Shown: positions 44,105 to 55,201 of the stretch, one piece after another
Position numbering within the stretch: the stretch's first letter is position 1
Layout: each line of letters begins with the position of its first letter
Source: an uncultured Clostridia bacterium
GTDB lineage: Bacteria > Bacillota > Clostridia > Christensenellales > UBA1242
Assembly: GCA_944345705.1 (NCBI GenBank)
Contig: CALVML010000004.1
Location: forward strand, 16,965 to 80,964
Direction: 5' to 3'
Length of the DNA stretch: 64,000 nt
Translations under genes and position numbers: made by a program
The notes under the pieces: model-generated
Told to the model about the DNA's origin: nothing
The model's input: the letters and a program-made list of their open reading frames with translations, nothing else
The model's database searches: none

Positions 44105-44932
44105 ATGTTTGGTCAAAGAGTAAAAATAGGTATTGCTTTTGGCGGTGGTGGCGCGCGAGGGTTTACCCATCTTGGAGCAATCAAGGCTTTCGAAGAGTTT
44201 GGAATAAAGTTTGATTTTGTGGCTGGTACAAGTGCGGGCAGTTTGGTCGGCGCTTTTTATGCGTGTGGCTATACTTTCAAACAGATGTATGATATAGTCA
44301 AGACAATAAAAGAAAAGGATATTCGCAAGAATTTAATACCATTTACTCCATCCAAACTCGACGGACTTGGTGAGATAATTATAAATAATTTAGGGGACAT
44401 CAATATAGAGGATACAAAAATTCCATTTGCTGCTGTGGCTGTCGACATAAAGTCGACAAAGGAAGTTTGTCTTGCAAAGGGTAATCTTACCAAGGCAGTG
44501 CTTGGAAGTTGTGCTGTTCCTGGTGTTTTTCAGCCTATAATTTATGATGATATGATATTATGTGATGGTGGTCTTCAAAATACTATTCCCGCTGATATGC
44601 CTAGGTATTTTGGTTGTGACTATGTGATAAGTATTGATGTTAACAAGTCAAGAACCTATGGTACTGAAAGTACAAAAATGCTTGATGTGCTTTCGTGTTC
44701 GATAAGAATTCTGATGAAGAGTAATGCGGTGCGAGGATATGTAAACTCAGATCTTGTAATTGCTCCAGAAACAAAGAGATTTAAGTCTACAAAGACTGAC
44801 GGCATGGAGGAGATGATTGAAGAAGGTTACAAAGCCACAATCGATGCTATGCCTAAAATTATGGAAATATTTAGAAAGAAGAAAAAGCACAAGATAAAGA
44901 ATTTGCCAACTGATATTAAGTTTATAAGATAA
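44105..44932 (+). CDS. Patatin-like phospholipase
   Basis: 275 aa. GGGGARG oxyanion motif, GTSAGS nucleophile, catalytic-Asp DGG motif. Confidence 0.85.
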   Translation: MFGQRVKIGIAFGGGGARGFTHLGAIKAFEEFGIKFDFVAGTSAGSLVGAFYACGYTFKQMYDIVKTIKEKDIRKNLIPFTPSKLDGLGEIIINNLGDINIEDTKIPFAAVAVDIKSTKEVCLAKGNLTKAVLGSCAVPGVFQPIIYDDMILCDGGLQNTIPADMPRYFGCDYVISIDVNKSRTYGTESTKMLDVLSCSIRILMKSNAVRGYVNSDLVIAPETKRFKSTKTDGMEEMIEEGYKATIDAMPKIMEIFRKKKKHKIKNLPTDIKFIR

Positions 44933-44935
44933 AAA

Positions 44936-46021
44936 ATGAATGCCAAATTAGCACAAAAGAAAAATGAAGATAAATTCTACAAAAAAGGTGATTTTTGGAT
45001 AAGAGTATCCTTATCTATTCTATTTTTGTCGATATTTTTTATTGTTTTCTTTTGGTGCAATGGACAACTTTATTTTACAAAGGTCAATTATGTTGATGAC
45101 TACCGCAATTTTCCTTTTCAGGTACACATAATTGATGTTGAGCAGGGCGACAGTTTTCTTATCAAATTTCCAAATAATCAGGTCATGTTGATTGATTGTG
45201 GAACACAAGATGAAGGCGAGAATGTTGTTCGGTATGTAAAGGCATTTTTTAAAAATGAAGGATTAAATAAAATTGACTATCTTCTATTAACTCACCAGGA
45301 TGCCGACCATGTGGGCGGGGCAACCAAAGTTTTATCTCAAATTAATGTTGAAAATTTGATAAGACCTAAGGTGGTGACTGAAAGCGAAAGCGATCTTTAT
45401 CCTTATTATCAAGTTTCACAGTCGCAGACTTATGATACAGTCATAAATCTTGCTTATCAAAATGAATGTAATATAATTTTTGGCGAAAAGGGACTTGAGT
45501 ATGATTTTGATGGTGCTGTGGTTGAATTTTTGTCGCCAATTCAAAATTATTATTCTGCATCAAATGACTATAGTGCAGTTGTAATGATTACATGTCAAAC
45601 GAAAAAATTTCTCTTTATGGGTGACGCAACAAAACAAATAGAACAGGCATTGATTGCTGAATATGGAGATTATCTCAAAGCCGATGTTTTGAAAGTTGCC
45701 CATCACGGTTCCTCCACATCTTCGTCACTTGAGTTTTTGCAGATTGTTCAGCCTGAATATGCTATCATTTCGGCAAGAGAGCAAAGTGATTTTCCATCAG
45801 CCCAGGTGAGTAATAATCTCAATTCGCTAAATATCGACATTCTATCCACTGCAAATTTAAATAATTTTGCTATAACAATCTACAACAATCAAATTGTCTA
45901 TGCAAAAGCGATATTTCCATCAAGCGAGCTTGCACTTTTAATATCAATCATTATTATTGCTTTAATTTTGACATGGGGAATTAAAATCAAGGATAATACG
46001 AATAAAAAGAAACAAATATAA
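44936..46021 (+). CDS. Membrane-anchored ComEC-family metallo-beta-lactamase-fold hydrolase
   Basis: 361 aa. N-terminal and C-terminal single TM segments. HQDADHVGG and VAHHGS motifs. The multi-TM competence channel domain is absent. Confidence 0.6.
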   Translation: MNAKLAQKKNEDKFYKKGDFWIRVSLSILFLSIFFIVFFWCNGQLYFTKVNYVDDYRNFPFQVHIIDVEQGDSFLIKFPNNQVMLIDCGTQDEGENVVRYVKAFFKNEGLNKIDYLLLTHQDADHVGGATKVLSQINVENLIRPKVVTESESDLYPYYQVSQSQTYDTVINLAYQNECNIIFGEKGLEYDFDGAVVEFLSPIQNYYSASNDYSAVVMITCQTKKFLFMGDATKQIEQALIAEYGDYLKADVLKVAHHGSSTSSSLEFLQIVQPEYAIISAREQSDFPSAQVSNNLNSLNIDILSTANLNNFAITIYNNQIVYAKAIFPSSELALLISIIIIALILTWGIKIKDNTNKKKQI

Positions 46022-46083
46022 AATTGTCAGTAACTAGGATAAAATCATTGCAAAATTGATCGCGTTTGTGATATGATATCAGT

Positions 46084-46551
46084 ATGGATAAAAAAAAGGA
46101 AGTAATAAATATCTTGCTTGTGTCGCTAGATGACAGGTTTACAAAAAATGTTGTAGAGAATCTAGCGGACATTTTAGATATGTATAATTGTGATTGTAAG
46201 GATCTTGTAGTATATGATTTAATTGATCCTAAAGACATCTTAGAAAAATGCGGAATCGATTATTTCAAAAAGCGTGAAAAGGCAGTGCTTGAGAATTGTG
46301 CAAGCTATCATGACACAATTATGTCGATTGATTATGATCTTTTTAAAGAATATCATGATTTATTTAAAAATTCTATAATTGTTTTCTTAAACTGTAAAAG
46401 TAGTCAAAATTTCAGGGTACCAAGCAAAATTGATAGAGTTAATCGTGAGAACTTCTTACGCAAAAATTCAACTTTCGAAATTTATGTAGAGCGCAAAGTT
46501 ACAAGAAAGGTTTGCAATATGATAATAGATAAATTGAAGGAGATAATATGA
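46084..46551 (+). CDS. Hypothetical protein (kinase-fold look but no Walker A)
   Basis: 155-aa ORF overlapping the tkt start by 4 nt (ATGA). No diagnostic motif. Confidence 0.45.
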   Translation: MDKKKEVINILLVSLDDRFTKNVVENLADILDMYNCDCKDLVVYDLIDPKDILEKCGIDYFKKREKAVLENCASYHDTIMSIDYDLFKEYHDLFKNSIIVFLNCKSSQNFRVPSKIDRVNRENFLRKNSTFEIYVERKVTRKVCNMIIDKLKEII

Positions 46552-48521
46552 AAATTTGGGATAAGACATTAAATTATGTAAAGTCGCTAACTGCTCAATC
46601 TATCACAATGGCAAAAAGTGGGCATACAGGATCTTCTCTTGGCATAAGTGCCATGATGCTTGCTCTTTTTAAAGACCACTATAACTTCGATATTTCAGAT
46701 ACCGACTTTTTAAATCGTGATAGACTTGTGCTGTCAAATGGACATGCATGTCCTGTCTATTATACGCTTTTATCTCTTTTTGGATTTGACCTTTCACTTA
46801 ATGATCTTAAAAATATGCGTGCTTATCAAAGCAAGACTCCTGGTCATCCTGAGTATAAGGTTACAGATGGAGTGGAAGTTTCAACAGGTCCGCTTGGTCA
46901 AGGTGTGGCAAATGCTGTTGGAATGGCGATAGCTTCTTCTATTATGGCTGAAAGATTTAACAGTGTTGGCTTTCCTATAATTAACAACTATACCTATTGC
47001 ATAGCAGGAGATGGCTGTCTTATGGAAGGAGTTGCACAAGAAGCCTGTTCTCTTGCTGGAACATTACAATTAAATAAACTCATTTTGATGTATGATTCAA
47101 ACGAAGTGACAATAGATGGAAACATCAATATCTCTAATAGAGAAAATGTTGCAAAAAAATTTAAGGCAATGGGCTGGAATGTTATAAGATGCAATAAGGG
47201 TAATGATTTTAAGGCATGTTCAAGAGCAATCGGCCGAGCAAAAAAATCAAGTTTACCTAGCATTATAATATTTAAAACTACAATAGGAATAGGCACTGAT
47301 AAGGAAGGGACTAGCGCTATTCATGGTGTTGCACTTAATGAAGAAGAATTAAAGTCTTTCAATAAAAAACTTGGCGTGTTTGAAAATTTCTATGTACCAA
47401 ACGATGTGCGTGATTATTGTATGGAAAGTTCAAGACGCGGAAAATTAAATCACGAAAGATGGAATCAAGAGCTTGCAGTTTATGCCACATCAAATCCTGA
47501 ACTCTACAGGCAATTCGTTGCCTTCTTTGACAAGAAAAAGGTAGATTTCGAAAAGATATATCGATCGTCATACAAGTTTGAAGGTAATAGTGGACGTGAT
47601 ATGAACCATGCAATTTTAAATATGGTTGCAGATAAACTATCGCAGATTGTCGGGGGTTGTGCAGATGTTGCTCACTCAACAAAAGCCTTTATTGAAAATG
47701 GTGGATATTATAGCGTGGCTAATAGACGAGGAAGAAATATACATTTTGGAGTTCGCGAACACGCAATGGCTGGAATTTGCAATGGAATTGCACTTTATGA
47801 GGACTTTGTGCCATTCTGTTCTACTTTCCTTTCTTTTGCAAACTATATGCTGCCATCGATAAGACTTGCATGCTCGATGAAACTCAAAGTTTTATATTTC
47901 TTCTCGCATGATAGTATCATGGTCGGAAAAGATGGTGTTTCACATCAACCTATAGAGCAACTTAGTCAACTTCGAAGTCTAATTGGTATGACTGTGTTTA
48001 GACCATGTGACCAAAACGAGCTTGTTGCAGGCTACAATTGTGCTTTAAATTATAATGGACCATACTCTATCATTTTATCAAGACAAAAACTTGAAAGTGT
48101 AGATGGAAAATATAAGGAGGCAATGCAGGGTGGATATATTTTAAGACAAGCAAAGTCACAAGCAGATATAGTGCTTTTTGCATCAGGCAGTGAAGTTGCT
48201 TTGGCGCTAAAGGTTGCCGATGAATTATCTAAAAAATATGATGTATCTGTTGTATCAATGCCAAGTATAGAACTTTTTGAAAGACAGACTCAAAGTTATA
48301 AAAATAAAGTTCTTCAAAAGAACGCTAAATTAAGAGTTGCGATCGAAGCTTCAAATGACACTGTCTGGTATAAATACATTGGAGATAATGGTCTATTTAT
48401 CGGTGTAGAGAACTATCAATCAAGTGGCGAAGGTGAGCAGGTCTATAGAAAAGCAGGCTTTAACGAAAAAGAAATTGTAAGAACGATAAATAGGAAGATG
48501 AGTGAGAAGGGTAACAAATAG
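46548..48521 (+). CDS. tkt: Transketolase
   Basis: 657 aa. SGHTGSSLG, TPP-binding GDGCLMEG, FGVREHAM. Confidence 0.93.
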   Translation: MKIWDKTLNYVKSLTAQSITMAKSGHTGSSLGISAMMLALFKDHYNFDISDTDFLNRDRLVLSNGHACPVYYTLLSLFGFDLSLNDLKNMRAYQSKTPGHPEYKVTDGVEVSTGPLGQGVANAVGMAIASSIMAERFNSVGFPIINNYTYCIAGDGCLMEGVAQEACSLAGTLQLNKLILMYDSNEVTIDGNINISNRENVAKKFKAMGWNVIRCNKGNDFKACSRAIGRAKKSSLPSIIIFKTTIGIGTDKEGTSAIHGVALNEEELKSFNKKLGVFENFYVPNDVRDYCMESSRRGKLNHERWNQELAVYATSNPELYRQFVAFFDKKKVDFEKIYRSSYKFEGNSGRDMNHAILNMVADKLSQIVGGCADVAHSTKAFIENGGYYSVANRRGRNIHFGVREHAMAGICNGIALYEDFVPFCSTFLSFANYMLPSIRLACSMKLKVLYFFSHDSIMVGKDGVSHQPIEQLSQLRSLIGMTVFRPCDQNELVAGYNCALNYNGPYSIILSRQKLESVDGKYKEAMQGGYILRQAKSQADIVLFASGSEVALALKVADELSKKYDVSVVSMPSIELFERQTQSYKNKVLQKNAKLRVAIEASNDTVWYKYIGDNGLFIGVENYQSSGEGEQVYRKAGFNEKEIVRTINRKMSEKGNK

Positions 48522-48665
48522 TTATCCTTTTTTTGTGGCAATTTTATTAATCATTTTAAGGTAGAAAAATAAAAGCGGTTTTTAGTCATTATTTGCTAAA
48601 TTTCGCTAAAAAAGTTTAAGCATATTCTTTTTTTAGAATATATAATATATGAAAAGAGGTAGAAT

Positions 48666-49586
48666 ATGCAATATAAAAAGAATATGGTTTTACAAGGTGT
48701 TGATGAGAAAAATAAAAAGGGGCTGTTGTCTATATCTAGTGATGGGAAAAGCGTAAAGGGACAGCTTCGTCTTTATAATTTTGGAATAGAGCCTAGAGGC
48801 ATTATAAGTCTTGGCGTGGTAACAAATGGCAAGGTGGAAAAGGCTGGACTTATAAGAAGCGGGAGCATGCTCTATACTTTCAATAGTAATTTTGCATTGT
48901 CAAATGATTTTTCATGTGCCGTTGTCAATTTTGATAATGGTCAGCCTAAGCCTATTTTATATGGTTCTACAATTAGTAGTGAAAGAGATATGGTTTACGA
49001 AGAAGTGATAAATTCTCTTTCGAAAACTAAAAGTGCAAGTGAGGTAGAAAATATTTTAGATGACTATGGCATCGATTTTGATGACGAAGAAAAGGCAGAG
49101 ATTGATGATTGTATCGATAAAGCAATGAGTGGGGAACTTGCATTACAAGAAGATGAATGCAAAAATGATTGTGAAAATTGTGAATATAAAATGTACTATA
49201 TGAAAAATGCTATAAAGACCAAGAGTGTTGAAAAACAAAGTGTAAAAAATCAGTCTTTCTATAATGAAATGAAAGGACAGATTGACAGTCTTTTTGAAAA
49301 TAATCCGACAGAAGAGTATCTAGAAACACTCATTCCAAATTCTAAATGGGTAAAAGTGGAATTGAAAAATGGTGACTATTATGTGCTAGGACTGATCTAT
49401 CAAGATCAGCAGTTAAAATATATCTGCTATGGTGTACCTGGTGTGTATCAAGCATTGCCTCCGCGACAACTATCAGGATATCCTGTTTGGTTTCCACTTG
49501 ACAGCAACAAAAATGAAGGCTTTGGCTATTGGCTTTCATATCAAGATGCAGAGAATGGGGAAAGTGTAAAAGCAGTAATCATTTAA
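48666..49586 (+). CDS. Hypothetical protein
   Basis: 306-aa ORF behind a GAGG RBS. Acidic middle region with CKNDCENCEY. C-terminal YICYGVPG...GFGYWLSYQD. No family recognised. Confidence 0.5.
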   Translation: MQYKKNMVLQGVDEKNKKGLLSISSDGKSVKGQLRLYNFGIEPRGIISLGVVTNGKVEKAGLIRSGSMLYTFNSNFALSNDFSCAVVNFDNGQPKPILYGSTISSERDMVYEEVINSLSKTKSASEVENILDDYGIDFDDEEKAEIDDCIDKAMSGELALQEDECKNDCENCEYKMYYMKNAIKTKSVEKQSVKNQSFYNEMKGQIDSLFENNPTEEYLETLIPNSKWVKVELKNGDYYVLGLIYQDQQLKYICYGVPGVYQALPPRQLSGYPVWFPLDSNKNEGFGYWLSYQDAENGESVKAVII

Positions 49587-49661
49587 TCTGCTTTTGCAAA
49601 ATAAAAAAAGATATTCATAAACCAAGTTTAAAGATAATATTTATATACAAAGGACAAGTTT

Positions 49662-50579
49662 ATGAAATATTTTTGTTTAGCCTGCCTTTCGTTATGCGTT
49701 ATATTTTTATTGCTATTTGGTATATATCTTTTACTTGGATATCTAGGCTGGCATTTTGCCATGTCAAGAAAGAGTGGTTTAAAGAAGGGAATTGAGTTTA
49801 ATTCAAAACGCAAACGAACGCAAGAAGATATGGACTATTTTAAAGATTACAAAGTGCTTGATTTAATCACTTTTGATAATTTGAGATTGAAAGGTTTTTA
49901 TAAGGATAATAACTTTTTAAAACTTGCAATCGTAGTACATGGCTACGGCGGATGTCACTATGATGTAGTAAAGCAATGTCAGATATTTGAGAAGGCAGGT
50001 TATGATATTTTTACATTAGACTTAAGGGCTCATGGCGAAAGCGAAGGAGACGCTCTAACAATGGGACTTTATGAAAGTCAAGATCTTTTATCATGGATAG
50101 AGCAACTTTCTTCCTTTAAAAATTATCGCATAGCACTTTATGGCATATCAATGGGTGCAAGTACTATACTTCTTACCGCATCAGATAAAAAAGCGAAAAA
50201 CATTAAGCTTGCGATTGAAGATTGTGGTTATGACAATGCAAACCGGGAATTTTCCTATATTTTTGCCAAAAGCAAAATTAAGAGAAAATGGCTCTATCGC
50301 ATTTTCTATAAATACACAAAACAAGTAAAGAAAATAGACCTAAGACAGATAGATATAGCAAAATCTATAAAAAATTTAAAAATTCCAGTCCTGTTTATAC
50401 ATGGCGATAAAGATGAATTTGTTCCAACAGAAATGGTTTACACACTTTATGATAGTGCAGGTACAGATAGAAAATTACTTTATATCGCAAAGGATGCAAC
50501 ACATGGCAACGCGTATGAAGTCAATCCAAAACTATATGAACAAAAAATCTATACTTTTTTAAATAAATATGGAATGTAA
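49662..50579 (+). CDS. Membrane-anchored alpha/beta hydrolase
   Basis: 305 aa. N-terminal TM, HGYGG, nucleophile elbow GISMGAS, HGDKDEFVP. Confidence 0.7.
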   Translation: MKYFCLACLSLCVIFLLLFGIYLLLGYLGWHFAMSRKSGLKKGIEFNSKRKRTQEDMDYFKDYKVLDLITFDNLRLKGFYKDNNFLKLAIVVHGYGGCHYDVVKQCQIFEKAGYDIFTLDLRAHGESEGDALTMGLYESQDLLSWIEQLSSFKNYRIALYGISMGASTILLTASDKKAKNIKLAIEDCGYDNANREFSYIFAKSKIKRKWLYRIFYKYTKQVKKIDLRQIDIAKSIKNLKIPVLFIHGDKDEFVPTEMVYTLYDSAGTDRKLLYIAKDATHGNAYEVNPKLYEQKIYTFLNKYGM

Positions 50580-50640
50580 AATAAAATAAAAATGTCGAAA
50601 ATATTCTAAAAAATAGAAAATAAAATAAATATTAATAAAT

Positions 50641-50700
50641 TAAAAAAATAAAAAATAAATAAAAAAAATAAAAAATAAATTAAAAAAATAAAAAATAATT
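50641..50700. repeat. Three tandem ~20-nt A-rich units
   Basis: taaaaaaataaaaaataaat / aaaaaaaataaaaaataaat / taaaaaaataaaaaataatt, in the convergent intergenic region. Confidence 0.7.
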
Positions 50701-50745
50701 AAATTAAATTAAAATAAAATAATAAAAAAATAGGTTTAAAAATAA

Positions 50746-50779
50746 AAAATGCAATATTTTTTTATTTATTGCATTTTTT
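50746..50779. terminator. Bidirectional terminator
   Basis: aaaatgcaat (50746-50755) / attgcatttt (50768-50777). Confidence 0.6.
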
Positions 50780-50787
50780 ATTTAATC

Positions 50788-53700
50788 TTAATTATTATTT
50801 TTGAAATTTTTCAGGAAATTATAGTCTTCAATTGCCTGCTGTTTTTGCTGTTCTAAAAGTTGTGACTTGCCATTCTCTATAGTTTGAGTAAATCGTCTTT
50901 CTTTTTTCAAGAAATCAAAGTATTTTTCTGGCTGGAAATTGCTATCAAGTTCAAGAGTGTCTAAAGACGGATTATAAATATAGAGTGGCCAGAATCCACA
51001 ATCAACAGCATCTTTAGTTTCATGAGTATGTCTTTCTAGATCAAAGCCTTGATTGATACAAGGTGAGTATGCGATAACAATGCTCACTCCTTTATATTCC
51101 TGCGCCTGTGACAGAGCCTTTATTGTTTGATTGATATTCGCGCCAAGTGCTATTTGAGCAACAAATACATTTCTATAGGTTAAGGCAATATTGCCGAGAT
51201 TTTTCTTTGGCAGATTTTTTCCGCCTTCTGCAAATTTTACAGATGCTCCCGTTGGAGTTGCCTTGCTTTGCTGACCACCTGTATTTGAATAGGTCTGATT
51301 GTCAAGTACAAGGATATTGATATCTTCTCCGCTTGCTAAGATATGGTCAAGTCCACCATAACCGATATCATAAGCCCAGCCATCTCCGCCAATTATCCAA
51401 ACCTTTTTATCTTTATTTTTGCTATTATAGTTGTTGCCAAGTTTAATACCAAGACCAAACTCTGCATTGTCTTCGAATAAACTGTTTGCCCAGAAAACTC
51501 CGCCGTTTTCATCTTTGCCATAAGGGCAAGCACCAAAAGTGCCACCGTAAATTGATGAGCAACCCGTTGCATTTGCTATCATCATATTTGAACCATTGAG
51601 CATAGTTAATATCTTGATATATGATGTTTCGCCACAGCCAGCACAAGCGCCACTGAATTCAAATAGAGAGTTCTTAAACTGCAGTCCTTTTGCCATCTTT
51701 TCGCTGAAAAGAGATTGAGTAACTTTAGGCAAAATAATATCTCTTTTATACTCATCGCGCTTCTCGTCTAAGATTTCTTCGGTGCTTGTCATCTGCAATG
51801 CCTTTTTGATGGCAGGGCAAGTGCTTGCACAAACTCCGCAACCCGTGCAATCTTCAGGAGAAAGCAAAATTTTGTAGAGCTTATCTTTTAGACCTATCGC
51901 TTTCGCAAAACTATCTTTATCTTCAACATTTTCATCAGCAAGTACAGCCTTAAGTGCACTATGCGGACAGGATAGTACGCAATGACCACATTGGATACAG
52001 TTTTCTTTTATCCACTTCGGTAAGTTAAGTGCTATACCACGTTTTTCATACTGAGAAGTTGCAAGTTCAGTCGAGCCATCACTTTCAAATTTTGAAACAG
52101 GAATACTATTTCCATCTAGTGACAAAATCGGCTTCATGATGTTTTTATAGAACTCATTTTCATAGTCCGGATGTGGTGGATAGGTTTTTCCGACAAGTTT
52201 GCTTATGTCGGCTTCTTCTATGGCTGATAGTGCTTTTAACACCGCCGAGTTATTTTTATCAACCACATCTTGACCTTTGCTTGCAAAGATTTTTGATACC
52301 TGTTCTGTTACGCTTGAGATAATCTCATCATCATTTAAGAATTTTGTAACTTTTAAGAGGGCAGTTTGCATGATAATATTTATTTTATTGCCAAGTCCGC
52401 ACTCGGTTGCAATTTTTTGAGCATTGATGATAAATAACTTAGCATTTTTTTCTTGTAATTTTTTTACATAGGCTATAGGTAAAACCTTGCCAATCTCGTC
52501 GCTATCAAAGATAGAGTTTATAAGCACAATTCCATTTTCTTTAAGACCTTTTAGGCAATCATATCTAGGTACAAAAGAGAAATTGTTGATTGAAATTACA
52601 TTGGCATTTTCTATTAAATATTCGCTTTTAATTTTACTATCGCTTAGTCGCAAGTGAGAAATAGTCATGCTTCCAGACTTTTTGGAGTCATATTCAAAGT
52701 ATCCTTGAATTTCCTTATTGTATTTTTCACCTAAGATTTTTACAGTTGACTTGCTTGCAGAAACAGAGCCATCAGATCCAAGACCAAAAATCTTTATTTC
52801 AGTCATGGCAGTGTTATATTCATAATGCTCAAGTGGCAGGGATGAGTGAGATTTATCGTCATTGATACCAACTGTAAAATTGTCTTTTTGCTCTTGTTTC
52901 ATATTATTAACTATCGCATTGACACAAGCAGGAGTAAAATCTTTTCCGCCAAGTCCATATCTGCCAGATAGCACATTAATATTTTTTCCGCTCTTTAAAA
53001 CAGCACTCATTACATCAAGTGCAAGGGGATTAGTCGCGCCATTTTCCTTTGTTCTATCAAGTACGGTAATGACTTTGCACGACGAAGGAAGCGCCTTTAT
53101 AAATTCTTCAGCATAGAAAGGTCTATAAAGTCTTACTTTGATAAGACCAAGATTGCAATCTTTGTTATTATCGATATATTCTTCAATAGTCTGACAAGAT
53201 GAGCCAATAGCGACTATCACATTCTCGGCGTTTTGATTGCCGTAATATTCAAATGGACTATACTTGACGCCAGTTATCTTTGCAATATCTTCAAATATTT
53301 CTTCTAAATCATCTTTTACCTTGTCATATTTATATTGATTTGCCTCTCTATTTTGGAAGAAAACATCTGGATTTTGTGCTGTACCATATTGTTTGTCTTG
53401 ATAGGTTGCCTTAAATTTTTCGAAATAATCTTTGATCACACTTCTTATTTCATCGTCAGTAAAGGTGTTGATTTTTTGAAGCTCATGACTTGTTCTAAAT
53501 CCATCAAAAAAGTGTAATACTGGCAGGCAAGATTTCATAGCGAGAGTGTGACTTGCAAGTGCCATATGCTGACTTTCTTGTACAGAACTTGAAGCAAGCA
53601 TGATAAAGCCAGTTGTTCTTGCCATCATCACGTCAGAATGGTCACAAAAAATTGATAGTGCACTCGAAGCAACCGCTCTTGCTGATACATGGATGACACA

Positions 53701-54012
53701 AGGAAGACCTTCGCCAGCCATTTTAAGCATATTTGGAAGCATCAAAAGAAGCCCTTGACTTGATGTGAAGGTTGTGGAAAAGGCACGCGACAAAAGAGCG
53801 CCGTGTACAGTGCCACTTACACCGCCTTCAGATTGCATTTCAACCATTTTGACATCTTCGCCAAATATATTTTTAACTCCTTTAGAGTTTAAAGTGCTAC
53901 AATATTCAGCCATAGGACTTGATGGCGTAATAGGGTAAATAGGAATTACCTGTGATAGCCTGTATGCTATATCTGCGATAGAAGCACAGGCGTCTATTAT
54001 TTTTTTAATCAT
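50788..54012 (-). CDS. nifJ: Pyruvate:ferredoxin (flavodoxin) oxidoreductase
   Basis: 1074 aa. Two 4Fe-4S motifs (CIQCGHCVLSCP, CTGCGVCASTCP). TPP motif GGDGWAYDIGYGG. Confidence 0.93.
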   Translation of the reverse strand: MIKKIIDACASIADIAYRLSQVIPIYPITPSSPMAEYCSTLNSKGVKNIFGEDVKMVEMQSEGGVSGTVHGALLSRAFSTTFTSSQGLLLMLPNMLKMAGEGLPCVIHVSARAVASSALSIFCDHSDVMMARTTGFIMLASSSVQESQHMALASHTLAMKSCLPVLHFFDGFRTSHELQKINTFTDDEIRSVIKDYFEKFKATYQDKQYGTAQNPDVFFQNREANQYKYDKVKDDLEEIFEDIAKITGVKYSPFEYYGNQNAENVIVAIGSSCQTIEEYIDNNKDCNLGLIKVRLYRPFYAEEFIKALPSSCKVITVLDRTKENGATNPLALDVMSAVLKSGKNINVLSGRYGLGGKDFTPACVNAIVNNMKQEQKDNFTVGINDDKSHSSLPLEHYEYNTAMTEIKIFGLGSDGSVSASKSTVKILGEKYNKEIQGYFEYDSKKSGSMTISHLRLSDSKIKSEYLIENANVISINNFSFVPRYDCLKGLKENGIVLINSIFDSDEIGKVLPIAYVKKLQEKNAKLFIINAQKIATECGLGNKINIIMQTALLKVTKFLNDDEIISSVTEQVSKIFASKGQDVVDKNNSAVLKALSAIEEADISKLVGKTYPPHPDYENEFYKNIMKPILSLDGNSIPVSKFESDGSTELATSQYEKRGIALNLPKWIKENCIQCGHCVLSCPHSALKAVLADENVEDKDSFAKAIGLKDKLYKILLSPEDCTGCGVCASTCPAIKKALQMTSTEEILDEKRDEYKRDIILPKVTQSLFSEKMAKGLQFKNSLFEFSGACAGCGETSYIKILTMLNGSNMMIANATGCSSIYGGTFGACPYGKDENGGVFWANSLFEDNAEFGLGIKLGNNYNSKNKDKKVWIIGGDGWAYDIGYGGLDHILASGEDINILVLDNQTYSNTGGQQSKATPTGASVKFAEGGKNLPKKNLGNIALTYRNVFVAQIALGANINQTIKALSQAQEYKGVSIVIAYSPCINQGFDLERHTHETKDAVDCGFWPLYIYNPSLDTLELDSNFQPEKYFDFLKKERRFTQTIENGKSQLLEQQKQQAIEDYNFLKNFKNNN

Positions 54013-54236
54013 AAAATCTCCTAGATAGTAGTATATATTTTTTTTGTTTTTAAGTCAATAAATTTTAAAAATCATTATATTAAAATTAAATATAGAATTT
54101 ACTTTATTTTTAAAGACAAAGAAATTTCTACATTGCTACTTCTTAAAAGATGATAATAGAATAAAAAAATGAATAAAACTATAAATAAAATTGCAATTAA
54201 TTTTGAAATTTTCTTTTAAAATTATATAATAGCACT

Positions 54237-54971
54237 ATGAGAAGAATTTTACTTACTATTGAATATGATGGCTCTTGCTATAGTGGCTGGCAAAAACAGC
54301 CTGACAAAAGGACTATTCAGGGCGAAATTGAACAGGCACTCTTTCGCATCCTAGGGCAAAAGATTGAAGTCTTTGGAAGCGGGAGAACAGATGCAGGCGT
54401 CCACGCTTTAAATCAAAAAGCACACTTTGATTTTGACACGCCAATACCTATTTCAAAACTTGCGATCATTATAAATAATCAATTGCCTGATGATATAGTG
54501 ATAAAAAGTGCAGAAGAAGTTGCAAATGATTTTCATGCAAGATTTTCTTTAACAAGAAAAGTGTATAGTTATACTATTTTTAATTCTCAGTATAAAGATG
54601 CTTTTTTAGCAAGACGAGTAGGCAGAATTGAATATCCACTCGACGAGAAGAAGATGGAAAAAGCAGGGAAATTGCTTATTGGCGAGCATAATTTTAAAGG
54701 CTTTGCTTCAGCCAATACCTGTACCGATAACTTTGTACGCACAATATATGATCTAAAAGTTGAAAGGGACGGCGATTTCATATATGTTACAGTGGAGGGA
54801 AGTGGCTTTTTGTACAACATGGTGCGAATAATTGTAGGAACGCTTGTAGATTATAGTCTTGGCAATTTGACACTTGATGATATACAATCTGCCTTAAAAA
54901 ATCAAGATAGATCAAAGGCAGGGCGTACAATGGTGGCAAGCGGGCTATATTTAAAAGATGCCATATATTAA
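54237..54971 (+). CDS. truA: tRNA pseudouridine(38-40) synthase
   Basis: 244 aa. GSGRTDAGVHA catalytic motif and FLYNMVRIIVG. Confidence 0.9.
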   Translation: MRRILLTIEYDGSCYSGWQKQPDKRTIQGEIEQALFRILGQKIEVFGSGRTDAGVHALNQKAHFDFDTPIPISKLAIIINNQLPDDIVIKSAEEVANDFHARFSLTRKVYSYTIFNSQYKDAFLARRVGRIEYPLDEKKMEKAGKLLIGEHNFKGFASANTCTDNFVRTIYDLKVERDGDFIYVTVEGSGFLYNMVRIIVGTLVDYSLGNLTLDDIQSALKNQDRSKAGRTMVASGLYLKDAIY

Positions 54972-55201
54972 TTAATTTTAATATTGCAATAAATTTAAAA
55001 AATGCTTTAAAAAGTTCTGATTTGCTTTTATTTAAACTAATAAATAGAATTTTTATTTAATATGTTTAAAATTGCATATAAAAAATTTATTAATCTTAAA
55101 ATGCGATTGATTTTATCAGCAGAATGTGATAAAATAACGTGAAAGTAAAGAAAGTCTTTTCTTTAAAAACAAACATATTTACAGATTGATTAGGAGATAT
55201 T

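Noticed and set aside
50581-50740. CRISPR-like or other structured repeat array.
   Set aside because: The units are pure A/T low complexity with no spacers, no conserved palindromic repeat and no cas genes.
54972-55201. T-box leader upstream of alaS.
   Set aside because: The region is AT-rich, with no specifier-loop architecture and no conserved T-box sequence or antiterminator/terminator pair.
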